64,000 nt of DNA, taken from positions 1 through 64,000 of IMG/VR virus record IMGVR_UViG_3300035670_000058, one strand, 5' to 3'. The notes under the pieces were generated by a model. It was given only the letters and a program-made list of their open reading frames with translations. It was not told where the DNA came from and made no database searches. Origin of the DNA: a virus. Below, in pieces: positions 17,058 to 27,457 of this stretch (positions are counted from its first letter, which is position 1; every line of letters begins with the position of its first letter). Made by a program: the position numbers and the translations under genes.

Positions 17058-18035
17058 ATGGCAACTAGAGCAATTGGTGAGATGGCTATTTTTTATGGCG
17101 ACAAGCAGAACAACGGCGAGTACGACAACGGAGTCTGGATGGATATACTTGATATCCCGTACATTCAGAACATTGAAGAAGCCGGGTTGTATAAAACTAT
17201 TATCAGGACGCTTTGGCTAGAATCGTCCGGTTGGTCCAAGACTATCCGTGAGAAGTATCCTCATGTTGTTCAGATTGGTCTACATGACCATCCCCTCTCT
17301 ACGCATATATCAAGACTGCCAGCCGATAGACAGTACGCATACTTGGCTGATTTAGAGAATTTAGATGGCGTTATGGTCCATCGTGAAGAGGAACGGCAAT
17401 TTTATCAAGTGACTCTTCCATCAAAGCCTGTAGAGCGTGTTGGCCTACCATTCCCTGTAGATAGTTATGAGAAAAGATATGGACATCTACGGAATTCCGA
17501 GAAGGAATACATTGGTTTAGGTGTGGGTGCGGCAGACAATGATCGCAACTTTATCTCTAACTTGATCGTATTTCAATCATTAAAATTAAGATACCCCGAC
17601 CTTCAAGGTGTGTTTCTATCTATCCCACATCAGTTAATGCCATACGTGATGTACATGGCAGAAAAATTCGACGGGGTTTATATCCACCAGCGGACAAATA
17701 TGAATGAATATCTTGAGATTCTTAACCGCTGTAAGTTTGTAATTAGTCTGCCTGATAGAAACACACCGGGTCGGCTCCAAGGAGAAGCAGCCTTCTTCGA
17801 TATCCCAGTGGTTGGTTCAAGCCGGTTGGAACTCCAAGAGGAGTTATTCCCTGACTTGAGCGTTGAACCGTTCGCATTAGAGGATGCCCTAGATTGCTCT
17901 CTGAGGCTTCTAGAAGACCCTGAGTGGGGCAGAAAGATCGCGGAGGACGCTCACAGCCTCTTAATAAAAGAATATAACTATGATAAGAGTCGTGAGAGAT
18001 TTAATGATTTGATGAAGAAAATAAAGGGTGAGTAA
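17058..18035 (+). CDS. GT-B-like glycosyltransferase
   Basis: TPGRLQGEAAFFDIPVVGS motif; C-terminal LLEDPEW..KIAEDAH helix. Confidence 0.75.
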   Translation: MATRAIGEMAIFYGDKQNNGEYDNGVWMDILDIPYIQNIEEAGLYKTIIRTLWLESSGWSKTIREKYPHVVQIGLHDHPLSTHISRLPADRQYAYLADLENLDGVMVHREEERQFYQVTLPSKPVERVGLPFPVDSYEKRYGHLRNSEKEYIGLGVGAADNDRNFISNLIVFQSLKLRYPDLQGVFLSIPHQLMPYVMYMAEKFDGVYIHQRTNMNEYLEILNRCKFVISLPDRNTPGRLQGEAAFFDIPVVGSSRLELQEELFPDLSVEPFALEDALDCSLRLLEDPEWGRKIAEDAHSLLIKEYNYDKSRERFNDLMKKIKGE

Positions 18036-18037
18036 CA

Positions 18038-18511
18038 TTGCCGGAAATTATCAGAGTTAATCGGGAGTGGATAAAGAGACAAATTGATTCTGCCCGAGTA
18101 AGTATAGGTCGGAATGTTTCGTTCTATACAACGAGCAGAACCGACTGTACGCTTTGTCTGGCTAGCGGTTACTACAATGAAACACTAGACTCAACATTCT
18201 ATACAGGATGCCCAATATGCTCAGGGAATTTCTACATCGATGCTGTTACCCAACACGTTGTCCTTGCAAGAGTCCACTGGACGAACGATGAAGCCGCAAC
18301 GGCTACACCGGGCGGCAAGTATTACATCGGTGACGCGACTGTAACTATAGACCCGTCGTATTTAGACGTGGCAGAAGCCACACAAAATGAGACAGGCACA
18401 GTCGTCGTTGATGGGCACGATATGCAGATAACAAAAATCATCCCGCAGGGCGCACCTGAACCTAATAGGTATCGGGTGGTTTTAAAGAACCAAGGAGAGC
18501 GCCCATCTTAA
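18038..18511 (+). CDS. head-tail stopper/neck protein with Zn ribbon
   Basis: CTLC...CPIC.G; GDATVTI..VVDG beta pattern; position. Confidence 0.6.
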   Translation: MPEIIRVNREWIKRQIDSARVSIGRNVSFYTTSRTDCTLCLASGYYNETLDSTFYTGCPICSGNFYIDAVTQHVVLARVHWTNDEAATATPGGKYYIGDATVTIDPSYLDVAEATQNETGTVVVDGHDMQITKIIPQGAPEPNRYRVVLKNQGERPS

Positions 18512-18526
18512 GGTAAGGAGAGGACA

Positions 18527-18796
18527 ATGACATTTGAGACAAATATGGTTGTCTGCCCGCATTGCAACGAGGCATTTCAACATAATAAGATCAATGGTAT
18601 GGCACTAATAGAAGCAGCATCTGATATTGAGAAGCGCAAGCGTATGTATTGCAAGTTATCTTTGGATGCTTTAGAAAGATTGCAGAAAGAAGATAAGCTG
18701 AACTTCCCGCAGATAAAAAAGATTGTACTTGATAACTTCAATGATTATACAAGAGACATCCACACTATTATAGGCTTCGGAAGGGAGGCAGAATAA
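18527..18796 (+). CDS. hypothetical protein
   Basis: RBS GGAGAGG; CPHC. Confidence 0.6.
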   Translation: MTFETNMVVCPHCNEAFQHNKINGMALIEAASDIEKRKRMYCKLSLDALERLQKEDKLNFPQIKKIVLDNFNDYTRDIHTIIGFGREAE

Positions 18797-18810
18797 GGGG
18801 TTGATACCCT

Positions 18811-19551
18811 ATGTTAAGAGTAACGGTTACGGGGCTAGAGTATTATCGAGAACGTTTTGCAAAAACGCCGTGGGTTATTAGAGATGCTATGTATACGACA
18901 GCTAGGGAATTACGCCCACGAATGTTGGACATAATTTCAGAAGCGTTTGGTCAAGCTGCTGATATGGCTGAAGGATTCCCACATGAATATATTGGCCCCT
19001 TAATGCGCGTTATACAAACTAAAGATGTGGATTGGATGGAAGGAGCAGACGGATTTTCAGTCTTCTTTGACTTTGATAAGTTAGGCACCTATGACGATTT
19101 AATAGAAGGAGCTCACTATAAAGCAGTATTAGCGGATGGTAGAACTTCCGAGATTCCATATAAAGGGGCTGAACTTAAAAACCCTGTTTTAAAACGCTAT
19201 TATGCGTGGCTTCGTTTAGATGAGGGATCACGCCAAGATACATACGAAAAAAGAGCAAAGTATTGGGAGTCTAAAGGACTTGCCCCTCAATGGCTGCTAC
19301 TAAATAATGGGCAAACACTTTATCAACCTTATATTCAACCAGCCCCTATTATTGAAACAATAGAAGCTTGGTTAGGTTACGAGGCAACGCGCCTGTTTAG
19401 AGAAGTTATAAATAGAGAATTTCAAAATCTATGGGGCCACAATTATATACCGACTCCTACTACATATGGAGCATTCAAGAAGCGGCCAGGGTATGAATAT
19501 ATCAGGGTTGGCAATAAGATGGCTGGCTCAAGAAAAATTAGAGATTATTAG
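18811..19551 (+). CDS. neck/tail-completion-like protein
   Basis: N-terminus VTVTGLE resembles HK97 gp10-type starts; position. Confidence 0.5.
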   Translation: MLRVTVTGLEYYRERFAKTPWVIRDAMYTTARELRPRMLDIISEAFGQAADMAEGFPHEYIGPLMRVIQTKDVDWMEGADGFSVFFDFDKLGTYDDLIEGAHYKAVLADGRTSEIPYKGAELKNPVLKRYYAWLRLDEGSRQDTYEKRAKYWESKGLAPQWLLLNNGQTLYQPYIQPAPIIETIEAWLGYEATRLFREVINREFQNLWGHNYIPTPTTYGAFKKRPGYEYIRVGNKMAGSRKIRDY

Positions 19552-19556
19552 GAGGG

Positions 19557-20030
19557 ATGAATATGGTAGAGATGAAACAAGATACCGAAACGATAGCAAT
19601 CGCAGCCGGTATTACAACCTATTTATCCTCTCATGGTTATACTGGAATTGAAATTAACTCAGCCTTTATAGCAGATGAGCAGATTGCACCACCACTGATT
19701 TCATTATACTATCTTCCAAACGGTCCTGAACCGTTTCAAATGGGAAACACCACAGAGAAACTATACAAGAGAGTCCTACAGATTGACCTCTATATGGAAT
19801 CTCGACAGAAGGTGACAGCACTTGTTGACTTGCTGATGGATTATCTGGATACTTTTGCGGTGTACCTTACTGATCCTATGCAAAATAATGCAGTTGTTGG
19901 AAGTTTAACGTGCCAAGATACCGACTCGATTTATGGTCAGATAGTAACACCGACCGTAGAGCGGCCAAGGGTGGCACGTTGGAGGGGTATCCTTAGGGCT
20001 ACGCTTGAAGCGCATTATCCTAATGGATAG
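19557..20030 (+). CDS. tail terminator protein
   Basis: P.ISL...FQMGN...LQIDLY pattern; directly before the tail tube gene. Confidence 0.7.
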   Translation: MNMVEMKQDTETIAIAAGITTYLSSHGYTGIEINSAFIADEQIAPPLISLYYLPNGPEPFQMGNTTEKLYKRVLQIDLYMESRQKVTALVDLLMDYLDTFAVYLTDPMQNNAVVGSLTCQDTDSIYGQIVTPTVERPRVARWRGILRATLEAHYPNG

Positions 20031-20146
20031 GCCCAGATAAGAATAACTTAGAGTGTTATTAGTAAGGAGCCGTACACAAAAATAGGGCGGCAAAGTGGAA
20101 AGGGAAGGGACGATATAGATAATTACCCTTAAAGGAGGAATAACTT

Positions 20147-21361
20147 ATGGCAAGAAGAGCAAGAGTGCACTCAAGAGATTTACAGCCCTTGATTGCAGCA
20201 CCAAAGGGATTATTTGCTGCCGCCCGAGTTCAACGATTCGATTGGCCGATAAATATTCCTGTAACATATGTAGATGAACTAGGACGCAAGTTGCACGTAG
20301 GTTCAACAAGAGAAATTCCAGAGGTAACAGTTACCGTGGAGGCTCTTGAATCAAGCCACAATGCATTTGCATATTTGACAGGCCACACACCGGGAACATT
20401 CCCAGTGTCGGGCGCATCAATTACAGACCTAAAAAACGTTGATGTTATCGGACAGATTAGAGATGCCTCTACTTTAGGCGTAGTCAATGCTCTTTACGTT
20501 CGACGTGGTATCGTAACAGGACTTGACGCTTCCTTTGATGTACGAAACAACTCAACTGTAACGTACACAGTTACTTCTAATCAGAAGAAAGAATTCAAGC
20601 AGCCAGTTTACTACCAGTCATTCACTGTGACAACAACTGGTTTGGGACAAACCCTAAGCCAGACACCTACATACTTGACAAGAACATCAGGATATATTAT
20701 CGATGCATTCCGCACAGGAACAGATGGCTCTAACGGATTCCTTGATGAGAGCCTTGTTGCGTATCAAGGAGACTTCAACGTTACTGGAAGTACGATTGTT
20801 TTCCGGGGCACAAATGTTCAGCCCAATGATACAATTTGGGTTACATACTGTGCACCAGTAACTACCAAGACATTTGAGGCTCTTGATAATGTTGCACCAG
20901 CAGCCATTCAAGGAAAATATGTTCCGCTTACAATCAGCGTGAGCGATATTCCGAGAGTACAAAGCGCTTCAATCCGCGCCTCATTCCAGAGCGAGTCAAT
21001 CGTAGAGATGGGTGGATTGGGCAAGCCGATTGGTGTAGAGTTGGGTATCCCTGAGGTTACAGGAGATATCACAGTCTTGAAGACTGACAATGAATTGCTT
21101 TCAATTCTTGAAGGCACGGGCACAGGATCAACCGGCCCTGTTGAGCAGGATGTAGAGTACGCTAAGGATACACTTCCGTTGAAGGTTACTCTAAAGGACC
21201 CCGCAAATCCAGCCCGCGCAATTATGACATACTATGTACCAGCAATTACGATCAACTCTGAAGGAGATTCTTCTAGTGTCAATGCTTCAATGGAAGAGAC
21301 ACTATCTTGGTCATCTTCAACAGGTGAGTTGTTCATCATGTCCGGTGCAGGAGTATATTGA
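20147..21361 (+). CDS. major tail tube protein, probably with an inserted Ig-like domain
   Basis: RBS AAGGAGG; YVDELG and EMGG.G motifs; Thr/Ser-rich; followed by a terminator and the chaperone gene. Confidence 0.8.
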   Translation: MARRARVHSRDLQPLIAAPKGLFAAARVQRFDWPINIPVTYVDELGRKLHVGSTREIPEVTVTVEALESSHNAFAYLTGHTPGTFPVSGASITDLKNVDVIGQIRDASTLGVVNALYVRRGIVTGLDASFDVRNNSTVTYTVTSNQKKEFKQPVYYQSFTVTTTGLGQTLSQTPTYLTRTSGYIIDAFRTGTDGSNGFLDESLVAYQGDFNVTGSTIVFRGTNVQPNDTIWVTYCAPVTTKTFEALDNVAPAAIQGKYVPLTISVSDIPRVQSASIRASFQSESIVEMGGLGKPIGVELGIPEVTGDITVLKTDNELLSILEGTGTGSTGPVEQDVEYAKDTLPLKVTLKDPANPARAIMTYYVPAITINSEGDSSSVNASMEETLSWSSSTGELFIMSGAGVY

Positions 21362-21398
21362 TCCTAAGTAACTTGGGTTGCTATTAGATTAGCATTAA

Positions 21399-21436
21399 GG
21401 GGATAGCCTCATTTTGGGGCTATCCCCATATTTTTT
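21399..21436 (+). terminator. intrinsic terminator after the tail tube gene
   Basis: GGGGATAGCC...GGCTATCCCC followed by a T run. Confidence 0.8.
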
Positions 21437-21452
21437 ATTGGAGGAAAAGGAA

Positions 21453-22184
21453 TTGGGAAAGTTAACGAATCTCCTTAAGTGGCATAAACAAATTATTATT
21501 AAGGATGAAAAAGGATTAATTATTAGAGATCAAAATAATAATCCTATCCAAATGTACATGCGAGTCATTGGGGATAAAGACCTAGAAGATGCAATGCTCA
21601 AGGCACGCTTTGCTTCTGCACAGTTGCGCAAAGAATTAGCAAACTTGGAATCTGAGCAATATTTGGCAAATGTAGCAGTCTTTTCTGAGGCTACTAAAGA
21701 ACAGTGTATTGAAATGATTGTGCAAGGAAGAGCGGCTAACTGGGCTGGAGAAGCATTCTCTGTTGTAAAAATGCCCGATCTCCCTGAGATAAAGGAGATA
21801 GCCATTGATCCTGATGCTCCAACTCTTGAAGAGTTGGAAAAATTAGACAATGCAATTTTTGAGGTAAATACAAAATACCAAAAAGAATTGGCCCTATATG
21901 TTGAATCTAGAGAAAAAGGTTTAAGAACTGAACTTAAGGATTTACCGCTTGAGGAACTGCAAGAGAGGGCCAAAAATGAAGTCATTATTGTAATGGCTGT
22001 TTCTACGTATCTTGATACGCTAGCGGATGAAAAGATTTGGCGATCAGTTTATCAGGATGAAGAATTTACTATACCCGAATTTAATGGTATAGAAGAATTT
22101 CAAAACTTACATTCCTTTTTAAAGGACCAATTACGTCAGGAATATTCTTCCTTAGAACAAGGATTAGATGAAATAAAAAACTAA
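21453..22184 (+). CDS. tail assembly chaperone (gpG-like)
   Basis: Lies between tube and TMP; ends in slippery A-AAA-AAC; TTG 21453 after GAGGAAAAGG. Confidence 0.8.
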   Translation: MGKLTNLLKWHKQIIIKDEKGLIIRDQNNNPIQMYMRVIGDKDLEDAMLKARFASAQLRKELANLESEQYLANVAVFSEATKEQCIEMIVQGRAANWAGEAFSVVKMPDLPEIKEIAIDPDAPTLEELEKLDNAIFEVNTKYQKELALYVESREKGLRTELKDLPLEELQERAKNEVIIVMAVSTYLDTLADEKIWRSVYQDEEFTIPEFNGIEEFQNLHSFLKDQLRQEYSSLEQGLDEIKN

Positions 22185-22468
22185 TAGAGGGTAGCGCTTG
22201 GGCCAGTATATTAGCAATCGCTAAAGTTACAGGGCTACCCATTCTAGAAGGTATTAAGAGCGCTGATGATATGCCTTATCCAATTTCTTATGCAATTATG
22301 CAGCGTACAAGAATTGACTCGTTTGCTGAGTTGCCAAAAGAGAAGCGGCCACCGAGAGACTTGTGGTACAAGCCTCATAAGTTAGAAGAATTTTTTGATG
22401 AAGTCTTTGAGCGAAAGGATACAAGCCAGCCGAAATTTGTAGAGTTTGACCTAGAGGATGTGGAATAA
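22175..22468 (+). CDS. tail assembly chaperone frameshift extension (gpGT) via -1 programmed frameshift
   Basis: Heptamer A AAA AAC at 22175-22181; the -1 frame is open and continuous with ORF 22271..22468. Confidence 0.8.
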   Translation, partial: KKLIEGSAWASILAIAKVTGLPILEGIKSADDMPYPISYAIMQRTRIDSFAELPKEKRPPRDLWYKPHKLEEFFDEVFERKDTSQPKFVEFDLEDVE

Positions 22469-22471
22469 TAA

Positions 22472-25400
22472 ATGGCAGGAAGAATTGTAATCGGAGTTGA
22501 AGGGTCTGCACCTACATTAAATTCATTTTTTGCTGGTGTCTCCAGAACAGCGGATACTTGGGTTAGGGATATGGAGTCTAAGTATGCAAGAGTATTTGCA
22601 ACTGGCGACCCGAGCAGAGGCTTTAAACCTATAACCACAAAAATGTTTGATAATGGTGTATTAGATCGATCAAGCGTTAACTTTAGAGAATGGGGTTCAG
22701 CAATTAAAACGACCCGTTTTGAAGTTGATGAATTGCGTAACTCAATTAAAGCTACTGTTAAGGCTGGACTTGTTTTAAGCGATGGTACATTTCTTCCTGT
22801 TCAAACAGTGCAACGCGAATTTGGTGATGCTAAAAAGTGGCTTCAAGCCCTTAATGATGTTGAAGCTGCCAATGCCCGAATAGCACAGTTGCAGCAAACT
22901 AGGGATGCTAAAAGATTTGCGCTTGATAGATCAAGATTATATTCGACAGCACAAGTTCAAAATCTTCAAGCACAAGAAACGTCACAAATTCAAGCACGAA
23001 CTGCGGCACAACAACAGTTTAATCAGGCTCTTCAACGATGGCAAAATCTTCAAGCATCTCCCGGTCCCGGTCCCGGCGCTCCTTTAGCCGCTACTCAAGC
23101 ATGGGCAGCGGGTTTAACACAGGCTCAACAAGACCTACAAGTAAAAACTGCTGCTTTAAATACAGCAACAAGTAATCTAGTTAATACCCAGCAACAACTC
23201 GCAGTTGCAATGTCAAATCCCGCGTATGCCAATTATCAAAACGAATTAGATAAAATTGATAGATCATACAATAGGATGTCAAGGCCAGCACGTAAAGGTT
23301 TAGTAGATGCACAAAATAGAGAACTACAATTCTCAACAGGTAAATTAGAGAACTTCCCACCGGAATTTACACAAATTCCTACAGCCGCTAAGCGAGAGCT
23401 TGCTAGAGCAGGACTAAACGTCCTTAATCCTGACGAAATGGTAAATACTCAGAAGGCTAATTTTGGTACTGCCTATAGAGACTTAACGACAGGGTTAACT
23501 CATTTTAACGTTGAGTGGATGAATACTCAGCAAATTGGTGGTCAAAATATTCAAACAATGCAGAAGGCTACCATTACTGTTGATAAGTATGGAAAGGTTG
23601 TACATACGACAGCCAGAAATCTTCGTGGATTTGGAAATATGCTTGAAATGATTGGGCGTGACTTCCAAAAGGTTATTGAATGGACAGTTGCAACAACACT
23701 TATCTTTGGAAGCATTCAAGCAATGGGCCAGGCTGTAGATATTATCAAGCAATTAGATGCTGATTTGACTCGTTTTGCAGTTACTGCTAATTTAAGCACT
23801 AAAGAAGTTAAAGGTTTTTATGATAGTATGTTTAGAGTTGCACAATCAACTGCAACTCCAATTGAAGAACTTGTAACTGCTGCTGACGATTTAGCGCTAG
23901 CTATACGACGACCGGGCCAAAGTACCCAAGAGTTACTTGTAGATATTGAAAGACTTGCCGAAGCAATTGGTATTTATACTAACCTTACTGGGCAGGATAC
24001 AGTATCTGCAACTGATCAGTTAGTTGCTGTCATGAAACAATTAGGATATACAGCAACTGGAGTCTTTGAAATTTTAAATAAGGTTACTGCTGCCGCTGGA
24101 GGACAGGCAGGAGCAATTGCTGATATCACCAAAGGTCTTGCTGTTATGGCAGAAGCCGGCGAACAAGCCGGTTTATCTGTTGATCAACAAATTGGTGTTA
24201 TTAAAACACTGTCTCAGGTTACATCTAAGTCTCCTGCTGAAGTAGCAACAGCCTTTAAAAACTTGGTAGGCGCGTTGGAAAATCCAGCGGCTATTAAGGC
24301 ATTAAAAGCACTTAATATTCAATTGATTAGCGAAGGCAATGATATTATTGGAATCTATCAGAATATTGCTGAGAAGATTACTTTGGGACAAATTGCTCCA
24401 ACAGAGGTGTCTGGTTTACTAAGGGCAATCTCTGGAGGACCAAGACGTGCACCGGATGCTGCGGCACTTCTTGCTAATATTAATACAGTTGTTAAAGAAA
24501 CAGGTGTTTCCCAAAGAGCCACCAACGAAGCATTCCTGGCTAATGCCCAAATTATGGATACATTGAATGCTAAGTTTACCCAGTTCCAAAATGTACTAAA
24601 GAATCAAACTTTCAAGCAGTTTGGACAGGTTGTAAATGATGTTTTAAGCACATTAATTCCATTAGTTACTAAATTATTAGAAGGTTTAACTCTTATACCG
24701 CCGCAAGCATTTACTGCTATGGCCGCTCTTACAGGCATGTTCCTTGTAATGCGGCTAGGTAGCAAGGCTATTTTAGGGCTAGCAGGAGCGCTTCGTGATC
24801 TTGCAATGGCGCAAAGAGATTCTACTAACCAACTTAACCTATGGAAACAAGCCCAAGCAAATGCAAATAGTACAACTATGATGGGCAGACTATCTTCTAA
24901 TAAGGGCAAAATTGCGGGAGTTGCAGCAGGGGCTGCAACCGGGGCTGCATTAGCAGCAGCATCTGGTGGGGGTATGCAGCAGATGGCCGGGGCTGGATTA
25001 TCTGGCTTAGGTATGGCCCTTATGATGCTACCAGAACCTTCGATGCTGACAAAAGTTGCGGGCGGGGTGGCTATTGTTGCTGGCTCGTTACTGGCTATGT
25101 GGGATGGAGGAATGAAAGCCGCTAAATCAAATGAGGAAGTCGCAGCCTCTGTTGTTCAAATATATACTAGTGCTAGAAACGCATCTGAAACTGTTAATGC
25201 TCTTCAAAAAGATCAAAAGTTGTTAACAGCTCAAATGGATATTTTAAATAAAAAGCAATCGCTTACAAATGAAGAACAAGCATCCTTAATTCAACTAAAT
25301 AAAGAATGGGCTGCAAGTTCTATTGCAGTGGCTGAAGCACAGAATGAACTAAATGCTTCACTAGAAGCATTAGCAACCGAACTTCCCCAATTTAAAAATA

Positions 25401-27442
25401 TTATTTACGATATAAGTATGCTAACTGGAAATGATTTAAAACAAGCCATTGATAAGTATATTGAAATGGTTCTTAATATTCAGTATCCTGAGCGTCTAGT
25501 TGGGGGGATCATGCCCTCTGTAAATATTACAGAACAAGGAGAAGGAAGAGCAGGGCGCGAGATAATCCCTAGAATTCCCACTATAAATACTGATGAATCT
25601 CAATATATTGGGTCTGTTAAATATGCACGAACAGTTTCTGGATCACAGGGGACCTTTACGTCAACTGTAACAAAAACAGGTATTGATCTGCGTAATTTAA
25701 AAAATGACGCATCAGCACTTGAAGCTATAATGAACCAAATTGAGCAAACAGGTAGTATGGGATTTGCAAATACAACTGAAAATTTTGGATTAATTGAACA
25801 AGCAATGGCTAATGTAGCAGACCCAGCTAAGGCGGCTAAATTCCAAAAGATATGGACTTCATATACAATTAAAAATAGCCAAACTGCTGCCGTTAAGGAC
25901 TATTTTGAGTTATTAAATGCTGGCTTAACAGTTCTTAAAACAGTAGACCCTGTAGTCGCTGGAAAAATAGAGCAGCAATCAAAAGCTGCTGAACAATTAG
26001 TTAATGAAGCTTTTAAAATTACCCCAGAGACAGCAGGACCCTTATTTGAAGAAATTACTAAAGCCCTAAGCGGCGCTTTTAATACAAAAACACCTATTGG
26101 TGATGAAGTAATTTCAGGATGGGCCGAGCAACTGGCTAAACTCCAAGACCCTATGAATTGGATGAATCTATCGGCAGATGTACAAAAAGCACGAATTGAT
26201 GCAATTAAAGAGGCTTGGTATGGAGTAATCACAGCCGCTGAGCAAGCGGGTCAGGTATATGAAAATAATAATAAGATGATGGAAGAATTTAATAGTTGGA
26301 TAGCATCTGAACAAGCACGTTTAGCGGAAAGTACAGCACAAAATCGAGCGGATTTCCAAGCGGGGAATATCAAAGGTCCCGATTTTGAAAGGGCTATATC
26401 TCAGAGTAAAGCTTTGTTTGATGGATTAACCATGATTCAAGCAAAAATGCAAGAAATTCAAGATACCAATGCTTATGATATGAGTAAACCTTTAGAAGAG
26501 CAATTAAACTTGATGCCAAATGTAGCAAAGGAACTTGAAAAGATCAATGGACTTCAAGATGCTGGAAATCTTACAACCAATCAATTAATTATGCGAATGT
26601 TTGGTCTGGCCGATGTTTATAACTTTACAGGAAAACAAGCCAAAAACTTTGTTAAAGACCTTATAAAATTATTTGATGCTTTAGAGGTTATCTCTAAAAT
26701 CAAGGCAAGGTTCCGTATCGAGGGAGATGCCTCTCAGGCTATCGCGGTATTAGAAGCTACCTATGATGCTATTTTAGCATCATTTGCTGCTCAAGGCGGC
26801 GGTAAAAATATTAAAGGCGCAAGACAACTTGCAGATTTACGCTCAGCTATTAGCGCTTTAAAGGGAGCAAATAACGCTATTGCAAGCGTAGGTTCAAGCT
26901 TTAGAGGTGCTTCTGGACGTAGCACAAATCGAGGAGGAGGAGGGGGAGGAAGTTCAAAACAAGGTAAAGATTATGGAGAACTTGATCTTCCCGAAGAATT
27001 ATCTGGTCTTCCAAATCGAGATTCCTTGATTAAACAAGCCATTAGAAATGCCCGCGCACTTCAAAAAACAATACCGGGTGCATCTAAAGAAGCAAAGAAT
27101 GATGTTGTTTCAATTCTTGATGGTATGAAAAAACTTGAAACAGTACGTGGAGTACGGGAGGATTTGCTTCGACGTGCATTAGAAGATTTAGCAAACATTG
27201 AGAAGAAAAGATTAGAGATGGAATCAAAGGCTGATACAATCAGACGTATTAGAGTGGGCGGGGGAGACTTCTCAGCCATTGCAAACGTTCCTGTAAACTC
27301 TAAAACAGGAGTCAGTGTAGGTGGACCGGAAGGTCCGATCAATGTAACCCTTAACTTGAATGGGCAAGTTATGACGCCCGCTCAATTTGAACAATTTGCA
27401 AATATGGTTGCAGCCGCATTGAAGCGACAACTAGCGAAATAA
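22472..27442 (+). CDS. tape measure protein
   Basis: 1656 aa; Ala/Gln-rich helical; TP901-type core (LDADLTRF, LNKVTAA, AFKNL); hydrophobic segments. Confidence 0.92.
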   Translation: MAGRIVIGVEGSAPTLNSFFAGVSRTADTWVRDMESKYARVFATGDPSRGFKPITTKMFDNGVLDRSSVNFREWGSAIKTTRFEVDELRNSIKATVKAGLVLSDGTFLPVQTVQREFGDAKKWLQALNDVEAANARIAQLQQTRDAKRFALDRSRLYSTAQVQNLQAQETSQIQARTAAQQQFNQALQRWQNLQASPGPGPGAPLAATQAWAAGLTQAQQDLQVKTAALNTATSNLVNTQQQLAVAMSNPAYANYQNELDKIDRSYNRMSRPARKGLVDAQNRELQFSTGKLENFPPEFTQIPTAAKRELARAGLNVLNPDEMVNTQKANFGTAYRDLTTGLTHFNVEWMNTQQIGGQNIQTMQKATITVDKYGKVVHTTARNLRGFGNMLEMIGRDFQKVIEWTVATTLIFGSIQAMGQAVDIIKQLDADLTRFAVTANLSTKEVKGFYDSMFRVAQSTATPIEELVTAADDLALAIRRPGQSTQELLVDIERLAEAIGIYTNLTGQDTVSATDQLVAVMKQLGYTATGVFEILNKVTAAAGGQAGAIADITKGLAVMAEAGEQAGLSVDQQIGVIKTLSQVTSKSPAEVATAFKNLVGALENPAAIKALKALNIQLISEGNDIIGIYQNIAEKITLGQIAPTEVSGLLRAISGGPRRAPDAAALLANINTVVKETGVSQRATNEAFLANAQIMDTLNAKFTQFQNVLKNQTFKQFGQVVNDVLSTLIPLVTKLLEGLTLIPPQAFTAMAALTGMFLVMRLGSKAILGLAGALRDLAMAQRDSTNQLNLWKQAQANANSTTMMGRLSSNKGKIAGVAAGAATGAALAAASGGGMQQMAGAGLSGLGMALMMLPEPSMLTKVAGGVAIVAGSLLAMWDGGMKAAKSNEEVAASVVQIYTSARNASETVNALQKDQKLLTAQMDILNKKQSLTNEEQASLIQLNKEWAASSIAVAEAQNELNASLEALATELPQFKNIIYDISMLTGNDLKQAIDKYIEMVLNIQYPERLVGGIMPSVNITEQGEGRAGREIIPRIPTINTDESQYIGSVKYARTVSGSQGTFTSTVTKTGIDLRNLKNDASALEAIMNQIEQTGSMGFANTTENFGLIEQAMANVADPAKAAKFQKIWTSYTIKNSQTAAVKDYFELLNAGLTVLKTVDPVVAGKIEQQSKAAEQLVNEAFKITPETAGPLFEEITKALSGAFNTKTPIGDEVISGWAEQLAKLQDPMNWMNLSADVQKARIDAIKEAWYGVITAAEQAGQVYENNNKMMEEFNSWIASEQARLAESTAQNRADFQAGNIKGPDFERAISQSKALFDGLTMIQAKMQEIQDTNAYDMSKPLEEQLNLMPNVAKELEKINGLQDAGNLTTNQLIMRMFGLADVYNFTGKQAKNFVKDLIKLFDALEVISKIKARFRIEGDASQAIAVLEATYDAILASFAAQGGGKNIKGARQLADLRSAISALKGANNAIASVGSSFRGASGRSTNRGGGGGGSSKQGKDYGELDLPEELSGLPNRDSLIKQAIRNARALQKTIPGASKEAKNDVVSILDGMKKLETVRGVREDLLRRALEDLANIEKKRLEMESKADTIRRIRVGGGDFSAIANVPVNSKTGVSVGGPEGPINVTLNLNGQVMTPAQFEQFANMVAAALKRQLAK

Positions 27443-27457
27443 AGGAGGTTTAAGACT

